Shown in pieces: positions 40,497 through 50,514 of a DNA stretch of 54,534 nt. The DNA is from Candidatus Gastranaerophilales bacterium (GTDB lineage Bacteria > Cyanobacteriota > Vampirovibrionia > Gastranaerophilales > Gastranaerophilaceae). Each line of letters begins with the position of its first letter. Position 1 is the stretch's first letter. The stretch spans positions 1-54,534 of the forward strand of contig CANQML010000001.1 in NCBI GenBank assembly GCA_947624935.1, given 5' to 3'. Below the pieces are notes generated by a model. The model saw nothing but the letters and a program-made list of their open reading frames with translations. It was not told the DNA's origin and made no database searches. The translations under genes were made by a program, and so were the position numbers.

Positions 40497-41108
40497 ATGT
40501 TTAAGTGTAGGTATGGCAAGATTATGTTTGCGCCCGATACGGGAGCGGACGGCGGTGCAGGTGCAAGCGGTGTTGACGGTGTAGAAACGGAAACTCCCGA
40601 TACAACCGATTGGAAAGCCTTGTATGAAAAAGAACACGCTGACAAGGAAAAACTGAAAACAAGTTTTGATAAAACAGCGAGTGAGATTGCAGAGCTGAAA
40701 AGGCAAAACAAGGCTAAAATGACAGAGGACGAGCAACGGCAAGCGGAGCAAGCGGAAAGAGAAGCTAAATATCAAAGTATGCAAAATGAGCTTAACGAGA
40801 TAAAGACTTCTAATGTGTTTGCAAAGCAAGGCTTTAATGAAACCGATTATGCGGACTTGTCAAAAAAACTTGTAGAAAGTTGCGGTGAACACGCAAGCGA
40901 AGTTGCGGAAATAATAACCGCTTTTGTAAAGAAAAGCAATCAAACAGCAGTTGCAAATGCAAGAAACGGCGCAGTTGTTGACGGCGCAAAACCGCCCAAA
41001 GCAAGTACAGCCACAAAAGAAGAACATACCTATGCAAATATAGCTTCTCAAATGAACGCACAAAACAATAGGATTGACGAAATTAAAAATCATTATAAAA
41101 AAAGTTAA
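40497..41108 (+). CDS. scaffolding protein (GP20-like)
   Basis: Coiled-coil, charged protein located between portal and capsid. Confidence 0.65.
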   Translation: MFKCRYGKIMFAPDTGADGGAGASGVDGVETETPDTTDWKALYEKEHADKEKLKTSFDKTASEIAELKRQNKAKMTEDEQRQAEQAEREAKYQSMQNELNEIKTSNVFAKQGFNETDYADLSKKLVESCGEHASEVAEIITAFVKKSNQTAVANARNGAVVDGAKPPKASTATKEEHTYANIASQMNAQNNRIDEIKNHYKKS

Positions 41109-41120
41109 AGGAGTTATAAA

Positions 41121-41522
41121 ATGGTAACAAAGGAAACTTATACCACAGGCACGGTTATACTGATTAAGCCTGAAACCGCAAGACGGGTTGGTTGCGTTAT
41201 TAAGAAGCCCTCTCTTTCCGACAGCGACGGCAAGTATAGGGTTAAGGCGGGTACGCCTCTTTATACGTCAGAAGCCTTGACGGAAGTAGGCATAGATAGG
41301 AGCAAGGCATTGTCCGATACAGAGGGCGGCGTTGGCTCGGCGGCAGGTGTGCTTTACGAGGACATTGTATTTAAGGACAAAGAAGAAGAGGCTAACGGAA
41401 CTTTGGTAATTAACGGTATGGTTGATTATCTTAAACTTGACAGCACAATACAAGCAAAAATTACTACGGACGTTGAAACAAAACTTCCGCATATACAATT
41501 TGTTAGAGGGAGGGCAGACTAA
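41121..41522 (+). CDS. head decoration protein (gpD-position)
   Basis: 133 aa, immediately upstream of the gpE-type capsid gene. Confidence 0.5.
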   Translation: MVTKETYTTGTVILIKPETARRVGCVIKKPSLSDSDGKYRVKAGTPLYTSEALTEVGIDRSKALSDTEGGVGSAAGVLYEDIVFKDKEEEANGTLVINGMVDYLKLDSTIQAKITTDVETKLPHIQFVRGRAD

Positions 41523-41524
41523 TA

Positions 41525-42565
41525 ATGAACAGCCTTTATGATATTGTAACCGCACCTGAAATTGCGGCTTATTGGGAAGATAACCAACAGTACAACGAGC
41601 CTTATTTTGGCGAGGGCAAATTCCCTAATATGAAGAAAGTAGGGCTTGACCTTGCGTGGATTAAGGGTGCAAGGCGCGCGCCCGTTTCCCTCTCGCTTTC
41701 GGCGTTTGACGCGGACGTTTTGCCCTTAAAGCGTGGCGAAGTTGAGAGATTGGCAACGGAAATGCCTTTCTTTAAGAACGAGTACAGAATTGACGAAAAA
41801 ACAAGGCAGGAATTGCTTATACTTACGCAAGCGGGCAACGCTGGCGCAAATGCCATTATAGGTCAAGTATTTAACGACGAGGCTAACCTTTTGCGTAACG
41901 CGGCACTCACCCGTGAAATGCTCCGTATGCAGTTGCTGACTACGGGTGTTATTTCCCTTGACGATAACGGGCAGAAATTCTCTTATGATTTCGGACTTCC
42001 CGAAGAGCATAAGGTAGAGCCTAATACGAAGTGGGGCGTTGTAGCTACCGCTGACCCCGTTGCCGATATTGAAAAATGGCAGTTAATGATAGCGGAAGAA
42101 AAAGGTACTGCGCCTACGGAAATTCTGCTTAACAGCGCAACTTTGGCAGCTATGGCAAAGGTTGACGCTATTAAAAACGGCGTATTTGCAAACAGCAATG
42201 TTACGACACTTCCTACGAGAGGACAGGTTGTTGCGTTCTTGCAAGACCAGCTTGGAATTACTGTTTATGTATATGACAAAGGTTATAACAAGAACGGCAA
42301 GTTCACGAAGTTTGTTCCTGACGGCACCGTTGTACTTATGCCCGCTACTACTTTGGGTAACACTTGGTTTGGTACTACTCCCGAAGAGGCAGACTTGCAA
42401 ACGGGCGGGACTGATGCAGTTGTCAGCGTTGTAGATACGGGCGTTGCAATAACCACTTGGAAAGAAAAAGACCCCGTAAACGTGCGTACAAAGGCTTCGG
42501 AAGTTGTACTTCCCTCTTTTGAGCTTGCTGACGAGGTTATTATCGCAAGCGTACTTACTGATTAA
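41525..42565 (+). CDS. major capsid protein (lambda gpE-like family)
   Basis: 346 aa. The N-terminal pattern LYDIVTAPEIAAYWE...FPNMKKVGLDLAWIKG is typical of Phage_cap_E as recalled. Position supports the call. Confidence 0.8.
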   Translation: MNSLYDIVTAPEIAAYWEDNQQYNEPYFGEGKFPNMKKVGLDLAWIKGARRAPVSLSLSAFDADVLPLKRGEVERLATEMPFFKNEYRIDEKTRQELLILTQAGNAGANAIIGQVFNDEANLLRNAALTREMLRMQLLTTGVISLDDNGQKFSYDFGLPEEHKVEPNTKWGVVATADPVADIEKWQLMIAEEKGTAPTEILLNSATLAAMAKVDAIKNGVFANSNVTTLPTRGQVVAFLQDQLGITVYVYDKGYNKNGKFTKFVPDGTVVLMPATTLGNTWFGTTPEEADLQTGGTDAVVSVVDTGVAITTWKEKDPVNVRTKASEVVLPSFELADEVIIASVLTD

Positions 42566-42575
42566 AAGGTGATTT

Positions 42576-42818
42576 ATGGCGTGGATTGACGTAAAAAGGC
42601 AAGGCGATAGGAATATTTATCGCATAACCACAGAGGCTTACGAAAAAGATTTCAAAGCGCAAGGCTATAAGATTGTAAACGAAACCGCGAATAACGCCGA
42701 TAATAGCGTTTCTGCGGCGCAAAACGGCACAGCCGATAAATCTATCAAGCCCACGCCCGAAACGCCGTCAAAACGCAAATACACGCGCCACAAAGATATT
42801 GCCGATAAAAAAGAATAA
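42576..42818 (+). CDS. hypothetical protein (head module)
   Basis: Position only. Confidence 0.45.
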   Translation: MAWIDVKRQGDRNIYRITTEAYEKDFKAQGYKIVNETANNADNSVSAAQNGTADKSIKPTPETPSKRKYTRHKDIADKKE

Positions 42819-42834
42819 TAGGAAAAGGAAAGGT

Positions 42835-43179
42835 ATGGCTAAATTAGCTGAACTCATAAAAAAGGTTAAAGCAGATTTCAAAAGTCAATATAACTATTTA
42901 ACCGATGACGAAGTTGAGGGTATTTACGAACAAGCGTTATATACTTATTTAGACCTTGCCTTTCCTTACCATTATGAAGTAGTTGAAATTCCCGAAGATA
43001 GACCGAGAGCGATATATTGGGTAAAAGACTGTATGAAAGAGATAATAGACCGTAACGGAATAACGGCAACAAGCTATTCCGAAAATGGTTTATCATATAC
43101 TTGGAGTACAGATATGGTTAGCGATATATTAAGACAGCGGGTTATAGGTTTATGCGGAGTACGAGGTAGTAAACGGTGA
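42835..43179 (+). CDS. head-tail connector (gp6-like adaptor)
   Basis: Size and position. ATG 42835 (MAKLAELIKK) follows an AGGAAAGG RBS. Confidence 0.5.
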   Translation: MAKLAELIKKVKADFKSQYNYLTDDEVEGIYEQALYTYLDLAFPYHYEVVEIPEDRPRAIYWVKDCMKEIIDRNGITATSYSENGLSYTWSTDMVSDILRQRVIGLCGVRGSKR

Positions 43180-43544
43180 AAGTAGGTTTACCTATATGGC
43201 ATTGCAAAAGGATATACAAGCCAAACGCCGTTATTAAAGAGTACGAATTGCCGAATAAGATTATTACAAGGTTTAGGCATTTAACCGTACAGCCCGCAAG
43301 CGGTGATAGCGATATAGAGGAATTTGGCGAAAATATCAGGCAATATCAAAACATAATAGCACAGCCTTATGATAAATGGGTAGGCGTATTTGTAGAGGGC
43401 GATATGTGCTATGTAGAGAAAACACCTACGGAAGAAGATTTAGAAGATACAACCGCTGAAAACGCTGATTATATTGTCGATAGCGTTAGACCACAAAATA
43501 AGGCTATTAGAATAATACTTAAAAAGCGTACAGGCGAAAACTAA
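43176..43544 (+). CDS. head closure / neck protein candidate (GTG start)
   Basis: GTGA overlap; position. Confidence 0.35.
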   Translation: MKVGLPIWHCKRIYKPNAVIKEYELPNKIITRFRHLTVQPASGDSDIEEFGENIRQYQNIIAQPYDKWVGVFVEGDMCYVEKTPTEEDLEDTTAENADYIVDSVRPQNKAIRIILKKRTGEN

Positions 43545-43561
43545 ACTTATAAGGAGTTATT

Positions 43562-43720
43562 ATGGAAGTTGTAAAGATAAAAAGAAACGGCGTTACCAAA
43601 ACTGTTGAAAAGGGTGCTGTTTCGGATTATAACAAACGCGGTTGGGTAGTAGATAAAGGCGACACCAAAAAGCCTACTTCCACTACTGACCCTTACAGTT
43701 TTTACGGCACTAAAAAGTAA
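43562..43720 (+). CDS. small protein (52 aa), not in ORF track
   Basis: AAGGAG RBS. MEVVKIKRNGVTKTVEKGAVSDYNKRGWVVDKGDTKKPTSTTDPYSFYGTKK*. Confidence 0.45.
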   Translation: MEVVKIKRNGVTKTVEKGAVSDYNKRGWVVDKGDTKKPTSTTDPYSFYGTKK

Positions 43721-43723
43721 TAA

Positions 43724-44332
43724 ATGAAAATTCCCGTAGGCTATACTGAAAAAGCCATAGACAAAGCAATAAAGCAAGTAGAGGAATACCGAAAGCGTTT
43801 TCAAAACTTGATACCTGATTTTTTTGAGCGTTGCGCCCAAAAGATAATTAGCCTTGCTAATGATAGGTTAAGCACAGTACAAATTTCCCCTACGATATTA
43901 GACGGCATTAGAAACGGCTGGCAAACTAAAAAACTTGACGATAAACATTTTGTGCTTGAAAACACAAGCGATAAAAGCGTTTATATTGAGTTCGGTGTAG
44001 GACAAGTAGGTGCTGAAAACCCGCACGAATTAGCGGGCAAAGAGGGCTACGAGTATAATGTTTCTAACACAAAGTCGGGTAAAAACACAAAGTGGTCTAA
44101 CCCGTATAGCGGTGAAACGCAATGGTATATATCTTTTAGGTCGTTAGACGATATAGATATAGCCGATACATACTACGAGCCTTTAACAGAGCCTAAATAT
44201 GCACGGCGAAGTAGAAAGTATATTCGTACAAGCGGACAACCCGCAACAATGTTTGCTTTTAATGCTGTACAAGACTTTATGGATAATAAAATGTACGAGC
44301 CTATATGGAAAGAACTTATTAAAGGTTTATAA
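43724..44332 (+). CDS. HK97 gp10-like neck/tail-completion protein
   Basis: The segment ...SVYIEFGVG... and position. Confidence 0.4.
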   Translation: MKIPVGYTEKAIDKAIKQVEEYRKRFQNLIPDFFERCAQKIISLANDRLSTVQISPTILDGIRNGWQTKKLDDKHFVLENTSDKSVYIEFGVGQVGAENPHELAGKEGYEYNVSNTKSGKNTKWSNPYSGETQWYISFRSLDDIDIADTYYEPLTEPKYARRSRKYIRTSGQPATMFAFNAVQDFMDNKMYEPIWKELIKGL

Positions 44333-44334
44333 CA

Positions 44335-44781
44335 ATGGATATAACGGTTTACGACAAGTTATACGAGGCACTTGATATTGTGCTTAAAAAGTTTAATACT
44401 GAAAGCGGTTACAATGTTGGGTTAGCTCCGTTTGAGCCTGCCGAGCCGCAATATCCGTTAGTTATATTTGACGAAATTCGTAACCAACCCCAAACCGTTT
44501 ATTATAGCAGTAGAGAGGAAATATCTTCTTTGGGTTATAGGGTAGATATATTTGCTAAAACAGCAACTATAAAATCACCTAACGGCAAAAAAGGGCAAGT
44601 TACAAAACAACAAATATGTAGAAACATTATGCAAGTAGTAACCGACTTCTTACAAAAAAGAATAAAGTTACGCTTGATAAGCAACAATTCGTTTCCGAGC
44701 GTAGGAACGCAAGGCGAGCTATATCAAATTGTACTTGTATTCCAACGCCCGCACTACGATAACAGAGAACAATTTGTTTAA
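44335..44781 (+). CDS. tail terminator / tail-completion protein candidate
   Basis: Position only. Confidence 0.3.
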   Translation: MDITVYDKLYEALDIVLKKFNTESGYNVGLAPFEPAEPQYPLVIFDEIRNQPQTVYYSSREEISSLGYRVDIFAKTATIKSPNGKKGQVTKQQICRNIMQVVTDFLQKRIKLRLISNNSFPSVGTQGELYQIVLVFQRPHYDNREQFV

Positions 44782-44793
44782 GGAGAAATAATT

Positions 44794-45573
44794 ATGCAAA
44801 AGGGTTTTTTAATTGAAACCGAAGATGACAGCAGAAAACACAACCCGTATGGAAGTGCGTTGCTTGTTGACGAAAACAACGAGGGTTTTTATGCAATAAC
44901 CATACCCCTTGAAGGCATACCTACTGTTACGGGCGACCCCGAAACTTTTGAATATAATGTTCTTACTGAAAGAAGTAAAGGACAGACAAAAGGTAAAATC
45001 GAGCTTGAAGCCGCCTCTACCGATTTCTTTTGGACGAAAGAAAATTGCAATAGGTTAGACCAACTCAAAGATAAAGTATTGCAGTATATGACTGTATATG
45101 GTAACGGCATAGGCGTAAAGTTTAATGCCGAATTGTCTTATAGAGCTAACGACGTTGATAACGGCGATAACCTTAAAGGTACTTTGACTATTACGCCGAG
45201 CAGTCTTGGCGATATGGTTTATGACGTTAGACCTTTAATTAAGCAAACATTACAGTTTGCAGGAACTATACCCGCCGATATAGTTTTGACCGATAAAGAA
45301 GAGTATAAATTATCTTGCAAGGTAAAAGACGATACGGCGGCAAAGGTTACGGCTACGGTTATAGGGGACGCTTCCGATAAGTACACCGCAACTTGGGCAG
45401 ACGGTACTCTTACTCTTAAAGCCAATGAGGGTATAAAGCAAAGCGATTACGCTATGGTTAGACTTGAAATAACCGATACCACTTCCAAAATTGACGGTGA
45501 GGAAAGCATTAACAAGTATGCGCCTTACACGCTGTTTATAGATTTATCATACGCTGGCGAAGTTAGCGAATAA
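44794..45573 (+). CDS. major tail protein
   Basis: 259 aa, immediately upstream of the chaperone pair and tape measure. Confidence 0.6.
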   Translation: MQKGFLIETEDDSRKHNPYGSALLVDENNEGFYAITIPLEGIPTVTGDPETFEYNVLTERSKGQTKGKIELEAASTDFFWTKENCNRLDQLKDKVLQYMTVYGNGIGVKFNAELSYRANDVDNGDNLKGTLTITPSSLGDMVYDVRPLIKQTLQFAGTIPADIVLTDKEEYKLSCKVKDDTAAKVTATVIGDASDKYTATWADGTLTLKANEGIKQSDYAMVRLEITDTTSKIDGEESINKYAPYTLFIDLSYAGEVSE

Positions 45574-45599
45574 AAAATAATTATTAAAAGGACACCTAT

Positions 45600-46214
45600 A
45601 TGAGTGCAAATATAATATCGTCATTAACAATAGACAAAGGAACTGAAAACGAAAAAACTTACAAGCTGTTTTTTAGTAAAGCATTGCAAGTTAGATTTCA
45701 AGAGTTGCAAGACGAAAAGCTAAAAAATGCGGAATATCAGCAAGAAATAACCGAAAGCGAACGCCTTAAAGCAGAGTATGAAAAGATAAAAACAATCTAC
45801 GATAAGGCACAAGACGAATATTATGCCGATATGGCAAACAAAGACAAGCAAGCAATATTTGAAGCCGTTGAACAACGGTATTTGAAAGTTTATAATAATT
45901 GGCTTGAATATTCGACTACGCACGTTGCTCCTAATGAATTGAATAACCGTACATTATGGATATGCGGACAACTTGTTTTGCTTGGTTTGGAAACACAATA
46001 TAATTTAAGCAAAGAAGAAGCCGAAAATGTATGGAATAAATATGTAGAGCAAAACGGTTATGTTGAGGGATTAGAGTTTTTAAGTTCAACGGGTGTTTTG
46101 TGGCTTGGTGCGCAAGACGGTGATAGCGAAAACCCATTTGTACAACAAATGCGGGAAAGGGCAATACAGCAAGCCGACAACCGCAAAACGGGTTTGAGCA
46201 AAGTGAAGAAGTAA
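45600..46214 (+). CDS. tail assembly chaperone (G-like)
   Basis: Position upstream of the tape measure; contains the frameshift site. Confidence 0.65.
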   Translation: MSANIISSLTIDKGTENEKTYKLFFSKALQVRFQELQDEKLKNAEYQQEITESERLKAEYEKIKTIYDKAQDEYYADMANKDKQAIFEAVEQRYLKVYNNWLEYSTTHVAPNELNNRTLWICGQLVLLGLETQYNLSKEEAENVWNKYVEQNGYVEGLEFLSSTGVLWLGAQDGDSENPFVQQMRERAIQQADNRKTGLSKVKK

Positions 46215-46561
46215 ATCTTTACGAGTATTTTGCTTATGAGTTATTGCCGTGCGCAAAATCTTACGGTATGTCCGAAAAGGAATTTTGGTACGGCGACCCT
46301 AAACTCTATCAAGCATACCAAAAACAATACTTTGAAAGATTAAGTTATGAAAGCTATATACAAGGGCTTTATAACTATATCGGCGTTTCTACGGCGTTAA
46401 GTAATTTTGCCCGAAAGAAAGGCGAAAAAGCGCAGTCGTATTTAGATAAACCTATAAACTTATATGGTGAGCCTAAAAAGACAAAACAACAAGCGTACCT
46501 TGAATATGAAAAAGGTAGGCAATATCAAATGGATTGGGTAAATTCATTATCAACAAACTAA
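45600..46561 (+). CDS. tail assembly chaperone G-T fusion product (via -1 frameshift at 46190..46196)
   Basis: The shifted frame reads ...NRKTGL/EQSEEVNLYEYFAYELLPCAKSYGMSEKEFW.... The track ORF 46244..46561 is its 3' part. Confidence 0.6.
46190..46196 (+). promoter_or_regulatory. -1 programmed ribosomal frameshift slippery heptamer G GGT TTG
   Basis: An X XXY YYZ heptamer in the zero frame of the 45600 ORF. The -1 frame is open from 46127 to 46561. Confidence 0.65.
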
Positions 46562-46582
46562 AAAAGCGGAGGAGTTAAAGTT

Positions 46583-48568
46583 ATGCCAGATTATCAAGTA
46601 GGCAATTTACAAATTGTCTTTGAAGCGGTAGACCAAACAGCCTCCGCTTTTGATAAACTATCTAAAAATTTAAGTGCGATAAAAAATGTCGTTTTTAACA
46701 TAAGTAAAATTGACAGTACAAGCATAAAGAAATTTGGCGAAAACCTTGAACAAATTAGAGTACAATTTACACCGTTTTTAGCCGACATAAAAAATGTAGG
46801 CGAAGAACTTATATCCTTAAACAATATATTAAAAACAGCGGGCGGGAAACCCGAAAAAATGACCGAAACGGCAAATGCTATTGCTGATATAAGTAAAAAT
46901 TTATCTACAACAACGCAAACAAACGAAGAATTAAAAGAAACAATTATAGAGGGTACAAACGCTATAATTGCAGGAGCTAACAGAGCAAAGAAAAATACAC
47001 AAGACCTTGTAATACAACAACAAAAAGCGGCTATTGAGGCAAAACAACACGAATTAGCATTATTAAAAGCTAATTACGCTATGGGCAATCTCAATATTAC
47101 TTCAAAAGAATACGCGCAGCAGGTAGATAATCTTGAAAGCGAAATAAAAAGATTAAGCGGTGCGGTTGACGAAGTAGATAAACCCGTTAAAAAAACAACA
47201 AATAGTTGGAAGAAATTTCTTAATCAGATTAAGCGCGTAGCTATATATAGGCTAATAAGAACATTGTTAAAGTCCGTTGTATCTACTTTTAGAGATACAA
47301 TCAACGCTTTTGCGCAAGTAGATGACGGCGTAAATGAAACAATGTCAAGTCTTACAAGTTCGCTTAATGTTATAAAGCTCTCAATAGGCACAAGCATATT
47401 GCCTTTGTTGCAAATGATAGAGCCTATTGTTAGTCAAATAGCCGTTGCTTTTGCTAATCTTGGCAATATGATAAGTGCTACTTTTGCAAAAGAGGGTAAG
47501 TTTACAAAAATAAATACTGAATACATAGAAGATTACCGTAAACAAATAGAAAAAACACAAGGTAGTCTACTTGATTTTGATAAATTCCGTGTATTAAATA
47601 GACAAGAGGGGCAATTAAGTAATTTTCTTTTGCCCAACCAAAGTGTTGAAGAATATAAAAAAGAGCTTGGCACTACGGCTTGGCAATATGACCTTATATC
47701 GGGCACTATACAAAGCATAAGCAAATTTTTAGCGACAGCTTTTGACACTGTTAAGCAAATAATAGAGGCAGTTAGACCTTTTGCAAGTATAGTTTTAGGC
47801 ATTGCAAGTAGTGTGCTTAATATTGCAACAGGGTTATTAGACGTTTTAAATAAAAGCGGCTTAATCAAACCTATTGTAGGGGCAATATTAGGTTATTTAG
47901 TAGCTATTAGTGCAACTAAAATAATTACTTGGCTTGGTAGTGGGAAACTTGTAACATTTATAAGCAATGTAATTAGTAAACTTGAATTAACAGAAAAAAA
48001 TTTATCAAAAATATTAACTTCAAATAAATTATTAAGTATAAGTATAGGTGCGCTTGCAGGCAGTGTATTTTATTTTATATCAAGCCTTGATAATATGAGC
48101 AAAAGTACAGCTTGGCTTGTTGGCGGTTTATCAACTTTAATTGGTGTATTAGTAGGTGTAGCGACGGCAATAATTGCCGTTAAGGCGGCAGGATTAGGAT
48201 TAGGTGCGGCTTTAAAAGCGGCGGTTTCCGTAGGTGCATTAACTACTGCTATTGGTTTAGCAATAGGAACTGCCGTTTCAACTGCAAATAGCTCGGCAAA
48301 AAACAATTCTGCTGTATCTGATAGAAGTACAGCCTCTATTGCAAGCGCAACAAGTAGTAGTATTAGCTACGGCGGATATTCCGCACAAACAACAAGTATA
48401 AATACAAATACAAGCACAGAGCAAGCAATGTATAATGCGCTTGTTAGATACAATAGAGAAAACCCGAATGATAATACACCGATAGTAGTTGAAATAGACG
48501 GACAAAAAGTTTTTGAGGCAACAAGACGAACCGCAGGCAGGCGTGGTTTAGGTTTTGGTAATATTTAA
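46583..48568 (+). CDS. tape measure protein
   Basis: 661 aa with an N-terminal coiled coil and central Gly/Ala-rich hydrophobic segments. Position supports the call. Confidence 0.85.
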   Translation: MPDYQVGNLQIVFEAVDQTASAFDKLSKNLSAIKNVVFNISKIDSTSIKKFGENLEQIRVQFTPFLADIKNVGEELISLNNILKTAGGKPEKMTETANAIADISKNLSTTTQTNEELKETIIEGTNAIIAGANRAKKNTQDLVIQQQKAAIEAKQHELALLKANYAMGNLNITSKEYAQQVDNLESEIKRLSGAVDEVDKPVKKTTNSWKKFLNQIKRVAIYRLIRTLLKSVVSTFRDTINAFAQVDDGVNETMSSLTSSLNVIKLSIGTSILPLLQMIEPIVSQIAVAFANLGNMISATFAKEGKFTKINTEYIEDYRKQIEKTQGSLLDFDKFRVLNRQEGQLSNFLLPNQSVEEYKKELGTTAWQYDLISGTIQSISKFLATAFDTVKQIIEAVRPFASIVLGIASSVLNIATGLLDVLNKSGLIKPIVGAILGYLVAISATKIITWLGSGKLVTFISNVISKLELTEKNLSKILTSNKLLSISIGALAGSVFYFISSLDNMSKSTAWLVGGLSTLIGVLVGVATAIIAVKAAGLGLGAALKAAVSVGALTTAIGLAIGTAVSTANSSAKNNSAVSDRSTASIASATSSSISYGGYSAQTTSINTNTSTEQAMYNALVRYNRENPNDNTPIVVEIDGQKVFEATRRTAGRRGLGFGNI

Positions 48569-48570
48569 TT

Positions 48571-49047
48571 ATGAAAAAGATAGAAGAAATTAAAAACCAT
48601 TTAGAAGATTATGTCGCAGACGGTATAGACCGAATTCAGATAGATGGTGAGTTCTATACCGAATACGATAAATACACTTCTTTTTGGGAACAGTCAATGA
48701 CTAAATCGCCCGATAGAACACAAACGGGTGCTATGCCTAACCTTAATACTATTTCTACCTTTGAGAGTTTTCACGTTACTGTACACTATGATATAATGCC
48801 TATTGACGATTTTAGACGGCTTATGAAACAATTTAAGGGGAAACAAACAATAGGCGTAGATAAGAAAATAGAAGTTACTTTTAAGGGTTACGACCATATA
48901 TATAATCAAGTTGTAACGCGCCGTATGTATTTAGCAACACCGCAAATGCCCGATTATTATGAATTGCCTTTGGGCGACGGCAGAGTTGCGGTAGCGGGCG
49001 TGCATAATTATACATTAGAATTTATAGACACAAATAACGCAGTATGA
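48571..49047 (+). CDS. distal tail protein candidate
   Basis: Position after the tape measure. Confidence 0.45.
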   Translation: MKKIEEIKNHLEDYVADGIDRIQIDGEFYTEYDKYTSFWEQSMTKSPDRTQTGAMPNLNTISTFESFHVTVHYDIMPIDDFRRLMKQFKGKQTIGVDKKIEVTFKGYDHIYNQVVTRRMYLATPQMPDYYELPLGDGRVAVAGVHNYTLEFIDTNNAV

Positions 49048-50123
49048 TAACTATTCAAGCAAGGATAAACATAACGGGAAACAGTAGCGGTACAATCACT
49101 TCGGCAAGTAATTCACTTAAAGGGAATAATGTGTCAAGTGATTTAACGGCGGTAGTTAATAAGAAAGAAACACCGTTAGGCAAACCGTTTATATTAGGAC
49201 GGAGTATATTAGGAAAGGGCGATACCTATACTAAACAACTGCCGTATTATATGGGTGCGCAACTTGCTAATAGCGCGGGAAATTTTGCAAATAAATACAC
49301 TATTACGATAAACGGCACTGATATTTCAAGTGCCGTTATAGTCTTTGATAAAGAAAATGAGAGATACCCTAAAAGTCTTTTAGTGGACGGCGAAATTTAT
49401 GTAGACGACGACCCGCAAATCGAAATACATTTTCCTAATACTTCAAATTCTCATACTATTGAAATATCGAATTGGAATACGCCTAATGAGCCGTTAATTA
49501 TTACGGGCATTTACGCTGATTTAAGCATTGATATAGGCTTAAATAACCTTATATCTTTTAATAGCACGATACAAGATAGAGATAGTAGTGATTATCCTAC
49601 ATATGGGCTTATATCTAATACGGCAACACTTAACTTTGCCGATTTAGACGAGCAAACAAAAGACTTAATCACTCAAAAGATATTGCATAGCGGTATTACT
49701 GTTACAGTTGAACTTGTAAATGATACGGCAAATAAGCGCGAGCAAATTTGCCAAATGGAAATACGCAATTTAAGCTATGACAATAACAATAGGTCTGTAT
49801 CATTATCCTTAAAAGACAATCTTGAAGATTTACAAGATATTAACTTTGAGGGCATAAGCTATACTCCTACCGTTAGTACGCCAAAAACAGCAAAAGAGAT
49901 TTATGATATTTTATACGAGGCAACAAAAAAATTAAACAAATATCAATGGCAATCTTATGACGAATTAGACGAGGAAGTAAAGGACAGACTTAATAGCATA
50001 ACAATACAATATCCTACTATGGAAAGCTCTAATTTATGGGATGGTTGGAATAAACTTTGTCAATTATGTTTATTGCATATTTATATTGACAACAACAATG
50101 TAGTTGTGGTAAAATGTGATTAA
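49044..50123 (+). CDS. tail-associated / baseplate hub protein candidate
   Basis: Position; ATGA overlap. Confidence 0.4.
   Translation: MITIQARINITGNSSGTITSASNSLKGNNVSSDLTAVVNKKETPLGKPFILGRSILGKGDTYTKQLPYYMGAQLANSAGNFANKYTITINGTDISSAVIVFDKENERYPKSLLVDGEIYVDDDPQIEIHFPNTSNSHTIEISNWNTPNEPLIITGIYADLSIDIGLNNLISFNSTIQDRDSSDYPTYGLISNTATLNFADLDEQTKDLITQKILHSGITVTVELVNDTANKREQICQMEIRNLSYDNNNRSVSLSLKDNLEDLQDINFEGISYTPTVSTPKTAKEIYDILYEATKKLNKYQWQSYDELDEEVKDRLNSITIQYPTMESSNLWDGWNKLCQLCLLHIYIDNNNVVVVKCD
50086..50115 (+). promoter_or_regulatory. internal promoter TTGACA-18-TAAAAT with an extended -10 TG
   Basis: TTGACA at 50086..50091 and TGgTAAAAT at 50107..50115, inside the 3' end of the 49044 gene. 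Confidence 0.5.
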
Positions 50124-50146
50124 AGGAAATTAAGGAGATTAAAAGT

Positions 50147-50509
50147 ATGGGCGATTTTTCGGACGGGAGAGGAATGATAGCTCTTATGGCGATTATGGCA
50201 ATATTCGGTAATGGTAATAGCTTACCTATAAAAATTACTGACGAAGAGCGCAAGGAATTTATAGACTGTTTAGAAAAGTCGATAGAAGAAACGAAAAAAG
50301 ATATTGAAAATATAAAGAATAATTCTTTTGCGCTTGCCGATACCGAACAAACAAAAGCTATTTTAGAAAGCGAGCAAAATACTATAACATATTTTACTAA
50401 CTTTATAGAAAAATTAAAAAGCGGTGAAGAAATACCCGATATTGCTTTTTATTACGGTCTTAAAGGGTTATGCGAAATGAGAAAGAAAAAGGATAACCCG
50501 AAAGAGTAA
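50147..50509 (+). CDS. hypothetical protein with N-terminal hydrophobic segment
   Basis: AAGGAG RBS; GMIALMAIMAIFG. Confidence 0.5.
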   Translation: MGDFSDGRGMIALMAIMAIFGNGNSLPIKITDEERKEFIDCLEKSIEETKKDIENIKNNSFALADTEQTKAILESEQNTITYFTNFIEKLKSGEEIPDIAFYYGLKGLCEMRKKKDNPKE

Positions 50510-50514
50510 CGCTT

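Noticed and set aside
40055-40711. Long antisense ORFs in the track, for example 40055..40711(-) of 218 aa, 22436..23032(+), 4117..4500(-), 5568..5936(-), 13908..14279(-) and 47533..47868(-).
   Set aside because: Each lies wholly opposite a well-supported gene. They have low-complexity or odd composition, no RBS, and break the operon strand pattern. They are shadow ORFs.
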